Shown here one piece after another: positions 50,640 through 64,000 of a stretch of DNA of 64,000 bases. The stretch covers positions 70,806,001-70,870,000 of the forward strand of contig CM052817.1 in the NCBI GenBank assembly GCA_028534125.1, given 5' to 3'. The translations under genes and the position numbers were made by a program. The notes below the pieces were generated by a model. It made no database searches, had not been told where the DNA came from, and worked only from the letters and a program-made list of their open reading frames with translations. How positions within the stretch are numbered: the first letter of the stretch is position 1; every line of letters begins with the position of its first letter. Source of the DNA: Lama glama. Taxonomy: Eukaryota.

Positions 50640-52939
50640 ACTGGGTATATCAAAGAGAAATGGAAAATACTGAACAGAAACTTTGCCAACCTAAGACATT
50701 TTCCCTTACATTGAACCAAAATAACTAATAAAATATGTACTAGGAATTTTAAAAAGAAAATTCTGAGAGCAACAGGGTAAATTACTCTTTTTAAAAATTA
50801 GTAGTTTTTCTTGGTTTACTAATTTAATCTCTCAGTTAAAAAATCTAATTTTTACTGCAAATGTTTTATTTGTGGTTCCTGAGATCTTAAGAAATAGAAA
50901 AGTCTGACAATGAAGTTCAACTTATCAATGAGCTAATATTTAACTCAGATGACAAAGTGTAACTTTTCAGACTGCAGATATCTAATTATTGCTACTTTTA
51001 TCATTTTGCTAGTTTCACTACATTGCTGTTATGAATGTTTCAAAAAAGAAACCCTCAACTTGGTGATATGTTATATTTCATTGAAATTATTTTCTGTTAA
51101 ATCTTAGAAAGCTTTTGCCAGACTAATAAATCCAAATATTATTTTTCAAGCTACTTACCATAAAAATACTTGGTCTCTACATTTAATCTTTTTAAAAGCT
51201 AAAATATAACCTTAAATAGATAAATCGAGAGGTGGCTAGCTTTACAAAAGATGATTTGTTTTACAATAGTAATCTCTGAGTGGTAAACTCCACTGATATA
51301 TTTTAAATTATTCTATTTATAAAAATTTAACTTGCAACTTTCATGAATATCACTACTGTATGTAGTAAGGTACAAACATGAAACATACACATGTTCAAGT
51401 CAGTCCATTGCCATTACCAGACCCATTATGTAGATGGAAGAGATAACTCAAGTTCATGAAGAGAAAATCAAGATTGAAATGAGAAACTAGAGACCTAGGT
51501 TTACAGGCCCATTTAGCTCTAGCTGATGAGGTCCTTGAGTTTACTTTTATCGTCAGCTTCTTCAAATCCATTGAGGGTGTTTGGAGAAGTGAATTTTAAT
51601 TAGTTGAATAAAATCCCATATAATCTAATAGTTCCAAGATATTGCTAACAAAAGGGCAGGGGAATATGCAAACTTTGTTTTATTTAGATTTTTCACTGAT
51701 TGATGTTTCTAATAGGAAAAAAGTTAACTTACCTTCACATTCCATTTTTCACTTTTCCCAAATCCACACAAAATCTGAATACCTGATGGAATTTTGCCAA
51801 TAGCCTTAGCATGTCATGACATGAAAGTATTAGAGGTTAAGTTAGATAGAGTCTGTAACTGACACTGATTTTAGTAAGCCTAACAGACAAAGAAGGGAAA
51901 AGATGGCAGACTGCAAAAGTGATACCAAAATTTTGGCAACTGAATCAAATAGATGTGGCTTGTTTTATAGTTTGTGCAGGACCCAGATAAGATAACATTT
52001 CATAAAAAGGAAATTCTGGGAAATAATAGTAAATTTGCAATTTGAGTGTACTGGGTTTATAGAAAGGGCAATGGAGAATTTCTTTATGTAAGTTTTACTT
52101 CTCTTTTGGAAATTATACTAGATTTTTAAATAAGTGTTCTTCTGAGAGCTATGAAAGTTCTCTCAACCTCTCTCAAGTTTTGTTAATATTAGAATTATTC
52201 CACATGTCTCTTCAGTTATACAGTATTACCTTTTTGACTACTAAAGGTATCTGCTGGTTTTTATCTTAGTGTTAAAGTGCTTATTGTTTCTGGTTGTTGG
52301 AGGGGAATGTTTATTCTTTCTTTTTTATTTCTGACAAAATTTAACATCTTAATTCTCTAATTCACTACAAGCAAATAGTTTACCCTTCTATTTAATTATT
52401 CAATTAAAAAAGCTTTGGCACTTGTACAGTGAGGTTAAGGTATAGCCCATGTAACTAAAATATTAACCAGAAAAGAAATATACACTAGATGGAAAGGTTA
52501 CAGTAAAGAAAAAATTCAAGAATTTAAACTAACAAAAACTATACTACTTCAAATGAATATTATACTTGTGGAAATTTCAAGTTAGTTTACCAACAAACGA
52601 ATTATAGAACTAGAAATATAATGGGTGTGTAATTCAAATTCTGTCTTTTGCTAGACACAAACAACTTCAATTCAAATTAGTATTTTTCCTCTGAATATAA
52701 GAAACATCTAAATAGATTAATTTAGTCATTTACTGCAAGGAAGACAAAGATTATCTGACTTATGGAAACAAAAAATTAGTTTCAGCTGAGACATAAAAAT
52801 TTTGGTATAGTCGTAACAAAGAAACTGCCAATGGAAATGATTTATCAACTGAATGAAAGGAAAGGAGACTTTATTATGAAACGTCTTTAAGAAAAATCTC
52901 TCTCAGTTTTCCATTTAACTGGAACAAATTAGACAAAGT

Positions 52940-53555
52940 CTAGATTATAAAAAGGATATGAGACTTACATTTATAGTCAACTGATTTTTGACATGGGTGC
53001 GAAGACCATTTAAAGACAAGACATTTAAAGAGAAGACAGTCTTTTCAATAAATGTTGCTATAACAACTGGATACCCACATGCAAAAAAATGAAGATGAAC
53101 CTCTACCTCCCACCATATACCAAAAATAATTCAAAATGGCTTACAGACCTAAATGTAAGAACTAAAAACTATAAAACTCATAGAAGAAAAAAAAGCAATT
53201 CTTCATGACCTTAGATTAGACAACATTTTTAATATATCAAAAGCAAAAAAGACAAAAGAAAATATAGATTAATTAGACATCATTAAAAAAAATAAAAAAA
53301 AACCTGTGAGTCAAAGAACACCATTAGAAAATGAAAAGACAACCCACAGAATCGGAGAAATGTTAGGTGTGGTTTCTGGTTGTTGGAGGGAAAATCATGC
53401 ATCTGATAAAAGATTTGTATCCACAATAAAGAACCTTTAAATCTCAACAATAAAAAGACAATCAAATTTTTTTAAATGGGCAAAGAATTTGAATAATATT
53501 TCTACAAAGATATTATACACATAAACAGTTAAGTGCATGAGAAGATGCTTACTAA
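52940..53555 (+). mobile_element. L1 ORF2 3' fragment (old L1M)
   Basis: GTCAACTGATTTTTGACA...GTCTTTTCAATAAATG...ACCTAAATGTAAGAACTAAAAACTATAAAACTC.TAGAAGAAAA...AAATGGGCAAAGAATTTGAA. Confidence 0.9.
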
Positions 53556-53849
53556 CAAAGAACTCTATTTTCTTTCAAGCAAAATAATCACAATTGATGT
53601 GGAGTTCTCTCTTGTGCTTGGAAGCAGGCTTCCTAGCTATACTTTGCCACCATGATTTAAAAAAAAAAAAGGAACATTTAGCGTGGTTTGTACATAAAAT
53701 GACTGTAACAATCAGTCCTCTTTACATTCTTTGAAATGAGATTTAGATTTTCTTTGGCCATGTTTTAAGGCTAATTCTCTTTGTTCCTTTGACTATGTAA
53801 CCGTTGATGTAATATTTCTTTGAAACATACAACAGATATAATAATGTAA

Positions 53850-54160
53850 TAACAAATATTTTTAAGCACTTACAATGTGTTAGATACACTTGTAAGATCT
53901 TTTTTTGGATTAGACTCTTAAACCTCAAAAACCACCTTAAAAGAAAGATATTAATATATGAATTTAGCAGATAGAAACACTGAAGCTTTGAAATGTGTAA
54001 TGCAATGGTCTCAAGGATGTCACCTTGGCTATGGGTAGGATGTGACAAGCCAGAAGGTTAGTCATGTTAAAGTCACATGTGATCTGTCCACATTCCCAGA
54101 GCCAGCAAGTGGAGGAGCCAGCTTTGTACTCCAGAGCTTGAGCTCTTAGGCACTGCTCTA
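53850..54160 (-). mobile_element. MIR SINE (possibly two pieces)
   Basis: TAAGCACTTACAATGTG...CAGATAGAAACACTGAAGCT...CAGCAAGTGGAGGAGCCAG.TTTG.ACTCCAGAGCTTGAGCTCTTA. Confidence 0.65.
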
Positions 54161-56549
54161 CATCATCTTCATCTCCTCTTTTTGGAGATATGTGTTTTTC
54201 CCAAACTTGGCTTACTCATATAGATAACTGACAGAAGTGCCATAGCTCAAGTAAAAGTGGTGCGGTAAAATCATTTCTCAGTTGCCAATAATGATGAAAA
54301 CGACACTCATCTTTAGGATAAATCCTGTAATGTAGGTCGTTCTGTTTGACAAGATGTGATTTGAAGGCTCCATAATACTGTGTAGATTAGGAGACGTGAT
54401 TTATCGTACTATAGTGGAAAGTGTTATTAAATATGAAAGTTCTGCAGAATCAATTGCCTTTGGTTTTTGTTTGGTTGGTTTTTTTTTGGCTTTGAACAAA
54501 ACTTACTCTCTATGACAGCTAAATAAGGGAAGCCCCATGAAGGTTCCAAACTTTATCCAAACCCAGGACAATCCAGCCTCTGTCTAAATTTTGCCTCCAC
54601 CCATTTCAGATTTTGATATAATTCATCATTCTGCCATGTCTTTGTTCAAATTACACAGTCTGTATTCTCTCAGCTCTTAGGCTAGAAACCACGTAAGTCT
54701 CTTAACTTCAGGAAAATGTTGGGTACATATTTTTACCTTCTGAAATACTTTTCAACTTTTACTGGTTTGAACCTAAAACATATATCACTAATTTTCACCT
54801 TCACTTTAAAAAAAAATTACTCTTTAAACTTATATTCTGAATATGTAAGCACCAGATTTACCCAGGAAAAAAATCAGCAAATTATCAACATTTTCACAAG
54901 AGTTTTTAATCTAGTGAGATTATATTGATCTCTACAATTTAAATCTAAAATACATCTGGATTTAAAACCAAAATGATCATTCTTCCTCCTTTATAATATT
55001 CTCTACCTACTATGTTCATAGCTAGAATATAAGACTCTAAATGCCCAACTAGACTTCTGTAATCTATGGATCTCAACAATGTCAACCTAGTCATAGGTGA
55101 AATTTGACTAACTAGTTATAAATTCTAGAAATTAGTCAGGGGCAAACAAACCTAAACTTATATGAGTGAGATAATATAAACTTTTCCTTGGCAAGTTGTC
55201 TAGTTGGAATCCTTCAAGGAAAAAAGCAAATAAGCCAGTCTAGTTTATTTATAGAGTTTCAAATCACAATGAGATAGAACTAGAAGGCACTGTACAGATA
55301 ATCTACAAGTGTGTTGTTTTACAGGTGATAAAATTGAGGCCACAGAAGACTCTGACTGACATATGATTAGATTTCTGGGTTCTTTTATTTCTAGCCTAAT
55401 GTACTGTCTACTGTTTCTCACTTCTCAGAAGCCTGTATCTTAAGGCAGTTGGTCACACAGAGGATGAGGTTTTATGTTTGGGTTTTTTTTAAGGTATAAA
55501 GAAAGACTAGGAACAAATCATTTCAGTCTTTTAATTACTAGTTTTTAACCTTACTATCCATTCCATGCTACCTGCCTCTTCCTTCTATTCTCCTTCTCCC
55601 CTTTAACCTCCCGCACCACAATTCTCTGTGCCATCCCCCCAAAAAGGAAACGTAAAGCTGGGTATGAGTTTTTAATTACTCTTTTTACCTCTCCTACACT
55701 ATGTCTTTATTTTCACCAATTCCTTTCTGTCATTCTCAATGAGCTTGAGAGACTCCTCGAATATCTTAATATAAGCAGCCTCCTAGGACTTGGAGAGTTT
55801 AGTTTAGCTCAGCCTGAAGGAAAAGGCCAATAATTCCTTGATGTCCATGCTATAGCTATAATTTTAGTTTTTTCTTCAGATTTCCTTCTGTATGACATAA
55901 AATTATAAAATGTCAATTTAGCTTCTAATAAATCAACTTCTTTTGATACTCTGTTTTGAAAAAGTTGTGTTAAAATAAAAATGTTTGTATGTTCATTTCT
56001 AGACTATTATAATCTCCTGAAAAACAAGTCATGTTTATTTGTACTGTGCTCACTATGCAATGGAAAATCTATATATATTATTTGTTTTCTAATTAGAAAG
56101 CAGACTAGAAGGTACCATATGTCATTTATAGCCTTACTTCTAATCTAATAAAGGCAACAGACCCATATCATAGCCACCAATTGTTTTGAGTTCTCAATCA
56201 ATTGAGTCTCTGTATATTCTACAAGGGAAAAATTCATCAAAATCATACTGTGAGAAGAATCTCTGTTTTCTGGAAGACATTTAGTGTGATGTCAGGAACT
56301 GAACTGTAGTTCTTTTATTGGTTCATTACATTTTATTTTAAAGATGAACTGATTTTGCTCTTCAGTGAGCCTATATTTCTGAACCTGAAGATTCCTTCAG
56401 ATTAGGCAGACATTTAGTTCACATCTAGTTAGTTTACTTTAGGTATTTGTGGCTTATCTCAACTGATGAGATATTCAGAAGTAACTCTACCAAACAGATT
56501 TTTTTGAACAAAAGCAACTCAACTAGACACAAAGCCTGTCTTAAAGGTT

Positions 56550-56746
56550 TTTCATCTGCGTCTGTGAATCTGTTTTTCATTTGTAAACAGAATTTGTATC
56601 ATTTTTTTTTAGATTCCACACATAAGTGATATATGATATTTGTCTTTCTCTGTCTGACTTACTTCACTTAATATGATAATCTCTAGGTCCATCCATGTTG
56701 CTGCAAATGGCATTATTTCATTCTTTTTATGGTTGAGTAGTATTCC

Positions 56747-56781
<35 letters not shown>

Positions 56782-57053
56782 ACATGCCACATCTCCTTTT
56801 TCCATTCATTGGTTGATGGACATTTACGTTACTTTCATGTCTTGGCTATTGTAAATAGTGCTGCTATGAATACTGGGGTGCATGTATCCATTTGAACTAT
56901 AGTTTTCTCTAGATATGGGATTGCTGGATCATAGAGTTAGTCTTCTTTCAGTTTTTTAAGAAACCTCCACAGTGTCCTCCATAGTGGTTGTACCAATTTA
57001 CATTCCCACCAGCAGTACAGAGGGTTCCTTTTTCTCCACAGCCTCTCCAGCCT
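56550..57053 (-). mobile_element. L1 3' UTR/ORF2-end fragment with internal (CA)n at 56750-56779
   Basis: TTTAGATTCCACACATAAGTGATA...TCTCTAGGTCCATCCATGTTGCTGCAAATGGCATTATTTCATTCTTTTTATGG...ACCAATTTACATTCCCACCA. Confidence 0.93.
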
Positions 57054-59349
57054 AAATAATTCTTTATTCTTTAACCTCAATTCTAATACTTCTCAACACT
57101 TGAAACAATCATATTTTTAAAAAGCTGATTTTCAGAGAAATTTGATAAACTAAAAACTCAACTTTATAAGCTTTGGGCCTCTACTAAGTATGTATAAGAA
57201 TTTATTTCTCAATAATTAATATTAAGCTATTTAACAATCAATTTAACAATTACTACAAAGAAAAACATTTTAATATGATAACTTATAAATTCCACTCCCT
57301 TTATGTTAATGCTAAATGTAGAATTTAGAAGCCTTATTCACACACCTAGTCAACTATTTCTTCAGTGACCCAAGAGAGTTTTAAAAGGTTATATTGTCTT
57401 TGCAGCTATAAACCAGACCTATTCCCAAAGGAGACTGTCAGTCCTGGGCTCAGGATGAAGTAAATCTACATTGCTGAATGGAAAAGCTGCATTGTTGCTT
57501 TCTGTTTTGCATTATTTTAAATAACTCCCTGACTAAACACTCTCTACAAATCTAATTTATTATTTTAATAACTCTGTCTTGCATAGACCTGGAAAGAAAT
57601 ATGATTAGTTTAATTAATTAAATAAAAATGATTAGTACTAATAAACTAATTTAAAAGTGAGTGGTTGCATGTATATGAGCATGTGGGCACATGCAGGTTG
57701 TATTCAGAGGGCTAAATGGTACCACAGAACCTAATCCTCTTGATTCAGTTGATATTATACATAAACCAACTCAAATACGACCAAGGATTAATTCTTGGAG
57801 TGATACTTCAGTATCTTTTCTTAAAGGTGCTTTAGGTCCACACATTATCAAGAAATGCTTCTTTATTCCCAGGCTAAATCTCCTCATGCTGTAATTTTTA
57901 ATTTTATGTCATCTATAGAAATAAAAATGTAAATGTTACATTATTATAGATATTTGCATATTACTAATCTGCTTCAGCCTATTAATCAGGCCACCATAGC
58001 AGACCTTACCCCAAAATAATTTTTATTCTAATACATCAACCAGACAGTCTTGCAACCAGATAGTCCTCAATCTTATTCTTAAACTGCCCTTAGAAATTTA
58101 GGGTACATTTTTACATGAAAATGTCAGACATTATTATTACATTCCAGATTCACCAACAGAACTGCACTAAAGGTGATTCTGTGTCCTAAACACTGACTTT
58201 AAAACCCTAAATCTCCAAAGTTTTGGAGTAGGGGGAAATTGGTTGATGAGCGTTTTTAACAGTTAGCAGCACCCAGAACCCAGGCAGAAAAGAGTTCTGA
58301 GAGAAAGGGTGTAGGGCACGTCTCTCCCACCTCTACCTCGATCTTAATTAACAGGGAAATTAAATTGTATCTTTATTTGGGTGAAAATGATGATTCTCTT
58401 CCTATAACACTGTAAGCTCCTTAGCAGACTCAGAACTCCTCAGAGCACAGGAAACTGTGTCTTATCTGTTGTATTTACTAGTTAAGTCTTATTCATCAGC
58501 CTATCGTCTTGCATCTAGTAGGGCCTCAGTAGAGGTATGACATGATGAAGTCCTCCATATTTATTACTAAATAATGTCTTTTGCAGCCAGGCATAGAATA
58601 CCAACTAGTTTGTGACTAGTGCTGAGTGTAAGAAGTTTGTATAAATAAGGATATACAGGTTACATATCTAGGAAGTACATCTGAATCTACTAAGTTTGAA
58701 ATATACATCTCAGAATTTATATTGTCCTCTTCCAAGTAAAAACCTTAAGGTGTTATATTGATATATTCATTTCATTATTCTAAACATATTCTAAACTCCT
58801 GTTTGGGAATTTTTAGTATTTTTAATGTCCTCAGTTTTTTCTTATCCTTTAAGAGTGCTAATGACTTTTAGTAATATTCACAGTTATTCTGAGCCAGGAC
58901 TTGTGATAACAGTGATGAGCCTGATGGATTTGTATTAAAAAGAAAGAAAGAGAAGGAGGAGGAGGGATAAGAAATCCGACTGGTGTGGGGGAGTTATCAA
59001 TCAGGTTCCGAGAAACTCTGAAATATTAAAAAAAAAAGTCACTGGCATTGCCCACTAAAATATATGTAGAAGGACATGTGGAAGACCATATATGGAGGTA
59101 CCTTGAGTGACTGCACTTAAAGAGACAAGACTTCATATTTCTAAGTTTGGCATATATGTTTGAATATTAGTCACCTTAATTTAACATATCATCCTAGAGT
59201 TTATCTGTATTTTCACATATTAGGTTTACCTAATTTGGGCTATATTTCTACTTTTTAGAGATTAAAAAAAATCTATTTCAGGCAAAGAATGTAAATTACT
59301 TGACTAAAATATGATAATAATTCTGGTTTTTCACCAACTCAGTAGGAGA

Positions 59350-59535
59350 GTGATTCTCTCAAACTGTAGTATACCCAGAATGGTTTTTAAAAACAATACA
59401 GATACATGGTCAATACTCTCAGAAAATCTAATAAAATCAATTTAGATTGAGTCCCTAGGAAATCTGCAAACTCTATAACCCCCCAGCTAATCAAGATGCA
59501 GGTGATCTTGGAACCACACTTTGAGGAAAACAGCA
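59350..59535. mobile_element. MER5-like hAT-Charlie element
   Basis: TCTCAAACT...CAGAAT...AAAA.AATACAGAT...AATCTGCA...CCCCAG.T.AT..GATGCAGGTG.TC...ACCACACTTTGAG.AA. Confidence 0.6.
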
Positions 59536-59623
59536 GTCAGCTCTCAGGAAGGTTGGATTCTCCAATCATATGACCACATCAATAGGTGTCTGACAATTAC
59601 TTCTAAAATAATCCACAAAGAAT

Positions 59624-59942
59624 TGTTAAAAGATAAACTAAGGCATATTAAAATTTTTAAGTTTATTTGAGCAAAAGTCAATTCTAATTGAGCCAAACTG
59701 GAAGTGGTTAGGTTAGGTTAGTGCGTAAAACAGGACCCGTATAGAGAGCCTTACAGAGAAAAGGTAGAAGTGGAGCAAGGAAATTACTGACCGACTAAAG
59801 CTTAAAGTCTACTTGGCTGTTTGTGATCGGTTGTCCTTAGGCTTCGACTTCATAACCTTGAGGTATTGATGGGCTTAGACTTTGATTTGCTTAGGTAAGC
59901 TGCCCACAGCATCAGAGCCACTTTGTTTTAATTAATTTAACA
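59624..59942 (-). mobile_element. ERV1-class solo LTR (MER93-like)
   Basis: Terminal inverted ends TGTTAAA...TTTAACA; TTTATT (AATAAA on the minus strand) near the left end; near-TSD GAAT/GAAC (4 bp). Confidence 0.75.
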
Positions 59943-60680
59943 GAACAGTTTTCAGTAAAATAAATATTTAATATTAACTTGCCCACAGAAAAATAGCAGA
60001 GATTCATGAAAAGCACCACTCAATCCCTACCTAATATACTAAACTAATATGTTCAGTATTAATCAAGCCTCATCTCCTAACAATTCCAAGAAAAAGCTCA
60101 GGACTAACCCTTCTTTCTTAGGCCATCAGAGCAGGTGAAATTGAGTTTTACCAAGGCTTTTCCTATAATGTGAAAACTTGCTATAGCACTCTGCAGATCC
60201 CTTTCTTAACCAGAGATCAAATATACTAGGACCATGATCCTTTTATGTGCAGGGTCCACTAGAATTTGTAGCATCGGAATTCCTGAGAGTTCAGTAGCTG
60301 AGTAGGATGTAAAGAAGATTTTCTTTCTCTTTGTTTATGAATAGCCTATCTTGGGGTTACCTGCATCATTCTTTAAACAAAATCCCTTTTTAAAAGCCTA
60401 CCTGCATTACTAACTAAAATGTCATTTTTGTATAATTATACAGTAATTTACAGTATAGGTCTAAAGAAGTAGTAAAATTTGAAAGTGAGAATGAATAAAA
60501 TTATATAAGAGTTAATACGTACATCTTAAGGAAAATCCCAGGAGAAGCATCTGGCAAAAATATACAATCACTTTAAATTGTGGGGTTGCCCCTTCCCCTA
60601 AGAAAAATTGATTTTAAAGTAGCTACATTTGAAAAAATCTTCCTAATTATTTTTGAGCCATTTTATTGTGACTCTGACTA

Positions 60681-61343
60681 TAGTCTAGTGTCATTTTCAG
60701 TAGTTAAGTTTGATAAAGTCTCCACAAACATTACATTAGCAAATTCTGAACCGTTGCTCTTAAGGGAAATACAAAGTTAGGTTCCTGTGAGCCTCTGATG
60801 CACATCATTTTCATCAACTATTCAACACATAACCTTGTTTTATGGGTGTTTCTGTTTAAAGGTATCGTATTTAATAGATATTTCTGATTCATTAATGTCA
60901 AACATGTGGGCAACAAAACTATTACTCAAGACTAAGTAAAGCTAGTCTACAATAATTTCTCCATAAGGCAAATCATAGCCTTCTTATGCTGAGGAACACT
61001 AGACAACACTTCAGCACTATACTTTGGGGGCCATATCAAACAGTGAAACAACCAACGAAAAGCACAAAAATACAGACAAACAAAAATGTGGCTCTAAATA
61101 AACTGCAAAAGAAAACCTGTTTGTTGTTTAAGAGCAGAACCAAGAAGGCCAAGCATCACCTTACTGGACTTCAGCTGGAAATGTGAGTGCTGGGCGACTC
61201 AAATTTTTCATCACTCTGTGCATGTCTGTGTAAAACTGTGTAAAACTGCAAAAGTGCCACAGTATTGATTTGAAGGTTACAAATCAATTTTTGCAAGTAG
61301 GTGAAATGCAAATACAGAATCTATAAATAATAAGGATCTACTG
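60681..61343 (-). mobile_element. MER82 (TcMar-Tigger), near full length
   Basis: GGAACACTAGACAACACTTCAGCACTA..TTTGGGGGCCAT; CAGCTGGAAATGTG..TGCTGGGCGACTCAAATTTTTC; ends AATAATAAGGATCTACTG; TA at 60679-60680 and 61344-61345. Confidence 0.85.
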
Positions 61344-62379
61344 TATTTTCACTATCAAGGTGAAAGTCCTTACCTTAGGTTTGATATATACACAACAGCA
61401 TTTCTAAGCTCCTTTTTCAATGATATAATACTGTACTAAAATACATTATTGCACCATAAATGGTGTTATTTATAACATTTTCAATGATACATCTTTCTTG
61501 CCTCAGGACAATCAACAGTTACGGCATCTAATCAAAAATTTCTCAGTCTTAATTACATGTGTATTTAACATTGTTTAAGTGCCTAGAAGAGGCTATAAAA
61601 TTTACCAGAGATATGTCAAACACAGGCTGTTTAAATTGTCAAAAAGGGGAGCATCTTCACCAAACTCAGTATGCCAATCCAAAGATTCTATTTCAAAAGC
61701 ACTAATTAAAAAAAATTTAAAGATAGAAAAAGTACATTCAAACAGACTACTTAAATCAGTGGCATAGAGAAGAAATTGAGGTTAGGTGACACAGATATAT
61801 ATTTCTACTACCAAAAATACAAACTCAAAAATGTTGATAAAAATTAAACATTAATCAGTAAAATTACTCATGGTCAGTGAGAGTTATTCAATATAACTAC
61901 TGTTATTACATATTGATTACCCTGCAGTCTTCAAAAACCACTCATAATCCAGTCTCATGATGTGTGAAAAACTAATCGATACCTCTTGGAATTCTACAAT
62001 GTAGACGTTCCAAGATTTAGCTATTATTTCGTTCAACTTCCTCATTTTACACTTAAGACTTTAGTGACCACCAGTTCAGCTTAAGCCAGTCTCAAGCTGC
62101 ACCACATTCTTGTTTGTGGAGTGTGATATTATATATCAAAGAGGGCAAAATTTCACAGAGAAATCCAGGAAAGACAACTGCAGGAAGACAGTGGCTCTTT
62201 TTACATGACATGAGGTGTGTGGTCAGGGAGGTGATAAAAGAAGTCTATTTGAATGGGCACTGTAGCTCTGCTTACTTTATTCTTATACTATGAATTCTAT
62301 CCTGATGATCCAAGCTAAATGAGATTTTCTAGACAGGTTGATTAGCATGTATTGAAGTAGTTGTTTCTCTATGGTTGAA

Positions 62380-62625
62380 ACGCAACATGACAGAATGAAA
62401 AGGCATGGCCTTGCAATTCAGACAGACCTGGTTTAAACCTTAGCTCTCCCAGGTACGAATTGTGTGATTAGGCAAGTGAGAAACTTGATGAGATAATTTC
62501 CTTAAGTGCAAAATAAGGAAATTAGATCCTTAACCAAAATGTTATGCTGTGAAAAGTACACAGGTTAAAGTATAAAAAGCATCTAACATAGAACTTAGTT
62601 ATATATAATTACTAAACACATGATC
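62380..62625 (+). mobile_element. MIR SINE
   Basis: CAGACAGACCTGGTTTAAACCTTAGCTCT...TGTGTGATTAGGCAAGT...TAAAAAGCATCTAACATAG. Confidence 0.75.
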
Positions 62626-64000
62626 GTTCTTTGGCATAGAATAATTAATGTCAAAGAATTCTGAAGTCATCAACTCAATTTCTTGGGTTAGCCCAGATGT
62701 TACTAAAAATCCAAGTATGATTGCTGTTGATTTCAAAAGTCACCCAGTTCTAAACACAATCAATCTGTAGAGTAAGTGTATATAAAGAAAGAAATGTACC
62801 TTCAAGCCATAAGTACAAACATCAATACTTTATCACTAAGCCAAACATGAGCAAGAGAACATATCATAATCCACGCTGACAATTTTCCCCTATGTGTTTC
62901 TGAAACAGTATACTCAGAGCCCATTATACCAACTGATTTTCTAAAATGCACACAGGAAAAGAAGTGAGATGATTACTGTTTTAGTCAATAAAAATTACAA
63001 GATGACTTCAGATATTGGATCCAAGAATGTTGGTGCTAAGCAACACTCCTGTAATTTGGCTGAAATTTGGATTCACTTTTTACACATATAGAACGAGTAA
63101 AACTTTGTCTTCAGCAGAAGGACTTTCAGACTGAATTATCCTATTAGTTGTGTCCTCATTTCAATGTGCTCGTGTAGCTATAAAGGACATCAAGAACCTT
63201 AGTCCATAATTCCCTAATGTAAGACTGCATTCTCCTTTAGCACAAAAAAAGTCTATTCAATTGTACTGCAGTTACATCCATAGTATTTTTTTTTCCTGAG
63301 TGATATACATAGGTAACCTCTGTGACAAATCATGTAATTTGGTCTAGACCAGCAAACAATACATTATAAATCAGTGTCTCATTTTGCTGTAATTGCCATC
63401 TTAAAATAGCTGCAACGGGATCAATGTCTCAGATTCTGTTTTATCATACACACAGTCTTAAAAGCATCAATGACAAAATGCTAACTGACTAAGGCAGAAG
63501 AGCAGCTGGTTCCATGGCTCCATGAAAAGAATGTTCTGAAAACAGTTCAAGAATGTTTGATGCACTTCACAAGGATTCTGTTCTAAAATTTCAAAGCCAC
63601 ATTAAAAAGTGATAATTGCTATCTGCAGTGGAAAAGAGGAAGTCCAAAATGTTGGAATGAGACCAAATGTTAGCAACAACTATCTTTGGGTACTTAATGA
63701 ATTTTGCCTTCTTCCTTCCTATCAAATATGGCTTTAACCTACATATTATGAATTGAAGGACTCGGGGCTGTTTTTGTTTCTTTAAGGGAGACACAGCTTT
63801 TCCATGTTAATCAGCTGTAGAGCATTCCAATTCACTTAGCAAGAGAAAGGAATGTGCTGCCTAATGAAAATATAATCACTCTCATAATTAAGTACTTAAT
63901 AAATGTATTACCTATAGTTTTATTTTGAGGCTGCTAAATCTATGTTCTCTTTCTCTTGTTCTTTCTTTGTCCCTACATGTTAATTACACTGGGTTTCTTT

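Noticed and set aside
50288..50719. 143-aa ORF
   Set aside because: It is mostly the antisense reading of an MLT1C-like LTR.

Overview
AT-rich, CpG-depleted eutherian genomic DNA, most likely camelid (alpaca/camel-like). The basis is one young tRNA-Ala-derived SINE resembling camelid Vic-1 and a young L1, with no Alu, B1/B2, SINEC, PRE1 or Bov-A/BovB copies seen. I recognise no protein-coding gene, RNA gene or CRISPR array. Most listed ORFs fall in decayed repeats or look like chance frames. The window is a mosaic of solo LTRs (mostly MaLR MLT1), L1/HAL1, L2, L3, MIR, hAT and Tigger remnants, microsatellites, and a 500-N gap inside the young L1. Twelve of 14 LTRs point the same way (+), suggesting intronic sequence of a large minus-strand gene, and a few weak minus-strand exon candidates exist. 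I found no supportable novel biological system. Repeat family names come from recalled consensus motifs, not a database search, and boundaries without TSDs are approximate.
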